Positions 62,357 through 64,000 of a stretch of 64,000 nt of DNA are shown here, one piece after another. Location: NCBI GenBank assembly GCA_963794325.1, contig CAWCDG010000009.1, positions 1 to 64,000 of the forward strand, in the 5' to 3' direction. The number at the start of each line of letters is the position of its first letter. Position 1 is the first letter of the stretch. The notes beneath the pieces are model-generated. The model did not search any database and had not been told where the DNA came from. It saw only the letters and a program-made list of their open reading frames with translations. A program made the translations under genes and the position numbers. This stretch comes from an uncultured delta proteobacterium. GTDB lineage: Bacteria > Desulfobacterota > Binatia > Binatales > Binataceae.

Positions 62357-62441
62357 GCCGGGGTGGCGAAATGGCATACGCAGAGGACTTAAAATCCTCT
62401 GGAGCGAAAGCTCCGTGCGGGTTCGACCCCCGCCCCCGGCA
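62357..62441 (+). tRNA. tRNA-Leu (TAA)
   Basis: GCCGGGG acceptor stem, anticodon arm GAGGA-CTTAAAA-TCCTC, long variable arm, GTTCGAC T-loop; CCA not encoded. Confidence 0.95.
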
Positions 62442-62528
62442 TCGAAACAAAACGGGCTTAGCGGACTAGGCGGCGGCAAGCGGGATTGAATCGATACGGC
62501 TGCTAGCGTCTACAATCTTTCACGACCT

Positions 62529-63608
62529 TCACGATCGCATTTCGCTCGAACCTTTGGGCGCCGCCGACGCCATCGGATCGACCCTCAAGGGAATCTCGAA
62601 ACTGACCGACTGCGGAATCTTGCAAATCTGATCGCTGCATTCCTGAAAACTGAGCGTGCCCTTCAGCTTGTAGTCGCCAGGCTTCAATCCGGAACGCACG
62701 AGGATTCTTCCTTTGGCTCGAAAGCTACCCGCATAGACCGGCAGGGTCTCGCCCAGTTCGGGGAAAGCGACTTTCTGTGGATCGGGATACTCGAACGACT
62801 GCTTCGCGACGCAGTCGCTATCAAATACGATCGCAGTCGGCGTATAGTTTGTCGGAAGCGGTTGCCCGTAAATGTGCCATCCCTTCGCAATTGAGAAGTC
62901 TGCGGCGACCCCGATCTCCTGGCCGGCTACCGCGCGATCCATCGACGGAGTGATCATGATTCGAATGTCTTCCGCGGTTAACGATACAGATTTGCCACTC
63001 GGGTCCGCACCGAGTTCATTAACCAGGATTTCCGACGAAGCCACCCTCGTCTGATAATCGGGTAGAAAGTACTTGGCCTGGATTACGCCATCGGGAGAGA
63101 TAAGGTAATCGCCCGGGAACGGAATACCGTAGAACGGATGACCCTTTGGAATATTCGAATTGAGGATTCCGAACTCGCTAATAACAACGCTGCCCTTGTC
63201 GGATAGACACGGAAATCCGAGTTCATGCGCGGCGCTGAAGCGGTGGAGAATCTCCTGAGAATCGTAGGTGACGACCGCGATCTTTACGCCCCGCTGTTCG
63301 AAGGCTCGGCGCGACTGCTCCAGCTCGACGAGCTGGCTTCTGCAGTAGGGTCACCAATCGGCGCTTCGACTAAAGACCAGAAGAAGTCCCGCGGGGCCGG
63401 TGAGATCGCGAAACTTTCTTTCGTTACCGTTCTGATCCACGAGTGCGAAGTCAGGTATTTTCTCCCCGACCTTAAGACCGGTGGTTGCGCCATCGTTTTG
63501 GGCCTTAACGAAATCCTGAAACTCGCCCGGCGCGATCTTCTCGCCACTGCGCATTTTTTTCAGGACCTGTGTGAGAACCTCGCCGTTCCTGGAATTCGAG
63601 TCTGGCAT
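62529..63608 (-). CDS. probable selenoprotein: AhpC/TSA redoxin (UxxC) fused to DsbD-N-like domain
   Basis: AGGAGG RBS; frame open through in-frame TGA at 63353..63351 (SADW-U-PYC) to 62529; C-terminal WHIYG and QECSDQIC. Confidence 0.85.
63315..63350 (-). promoter_or_regulatory. putative bacterial SECIS hairpin
   Basis: directly 3' of UGA: CTGC...CCAGCTC-GTC-GAGCTGG-A-GCAG with G first in the apical loop, 22 nt after UGA. Confidence 0.65.
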
Positions 63609-63715
63609 CGCTACCTCCTGGGCAGACACCAACGGGATTCTGCCGCAAAATCCCACGATCACCGAAAAGATCGCGGGAATTACACTACCTTTGAAATCAA
63701 AGTGGGATCGCGATT

Positions 63716-64000
63716 TCATATCTCTCGCGTGAGTAAAGCTCTGTGGGCACCCATGTATTCAATCAGTCGCACGGCCAGTAGCGCCGCAAGCACGAGCCCA
63801 TAGGCGAGTGGCTCGCTTTCGTCGCGTTTGACCCTCAAAGTGAAATGAAGGACCGCGAGCGCCGGTGCCAGATAAGCAAGGCGATGGAGCTGCTTCCACC
63901 GGACGTAACCGATGCGTCTGAGGGCGGAATTCGTCGATGTCGCGGCCAACGGAATCAGTAGCACAAAAGTAGAAAATCCCAAGAAGATAAACTTCCGCTT
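63716..64000 (-). CDS. msrQ: MsrQ/YedZ heme-binding membrane subunit (3' part; runs off window)
   Basis: PLAATSTN...WKQLHRLAY...LHF. Confidence 0.82.
   Translation of the reverse strand, partial: KRKFIFLGFSTFVLLIPLAATSTNSALRRIGYVRWKQLHRLAYLAPALAVLHFTLRVKRDESEPLAYGLVLAALLAVRLIEYMGAHRALLTREI

Overview
GC-rich bacterial chromosome segment, mostly housekeeping genes: efp, rplU-rpmA-obgE-proB-proA-nadD-rsfS, cofC-mlaEFDCA, pdhABC/lpdA-lipB-lipA, rnhB, RNase II and tRNA-Leu(TAA). Mla plus F420-related genes (cofC, two LLM oxidoreductases) suggest an F420-producing diderm, possibly Binatota-like; the taxonomy is inference only. No CRISPR array, transposase, integrase or prophage was seen. Signals the ORF track misses: (1) an amidohydrolase/crotonase/acyl-CoA ligase/degenerate crotonase operon bracketed by two paralogous desulforedoxin-like mini-genes (47 and 39 aa), one ending in KPLPSSD, the best candidate for an undescribed system; (2) a probable selenoprotein (redoxin W-U-P-Y-C, SECIS-like hairpin, DsbD-N-like domain) downstream of msrQ; (3) EF-P with an Asn-tipped PGNWRG loop; (4) three families of palindromic intergenic repeats, one copy lying in frame in the lipB 5' end. 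Five genes are split by apparent small indels, most simply read/assembly errors.
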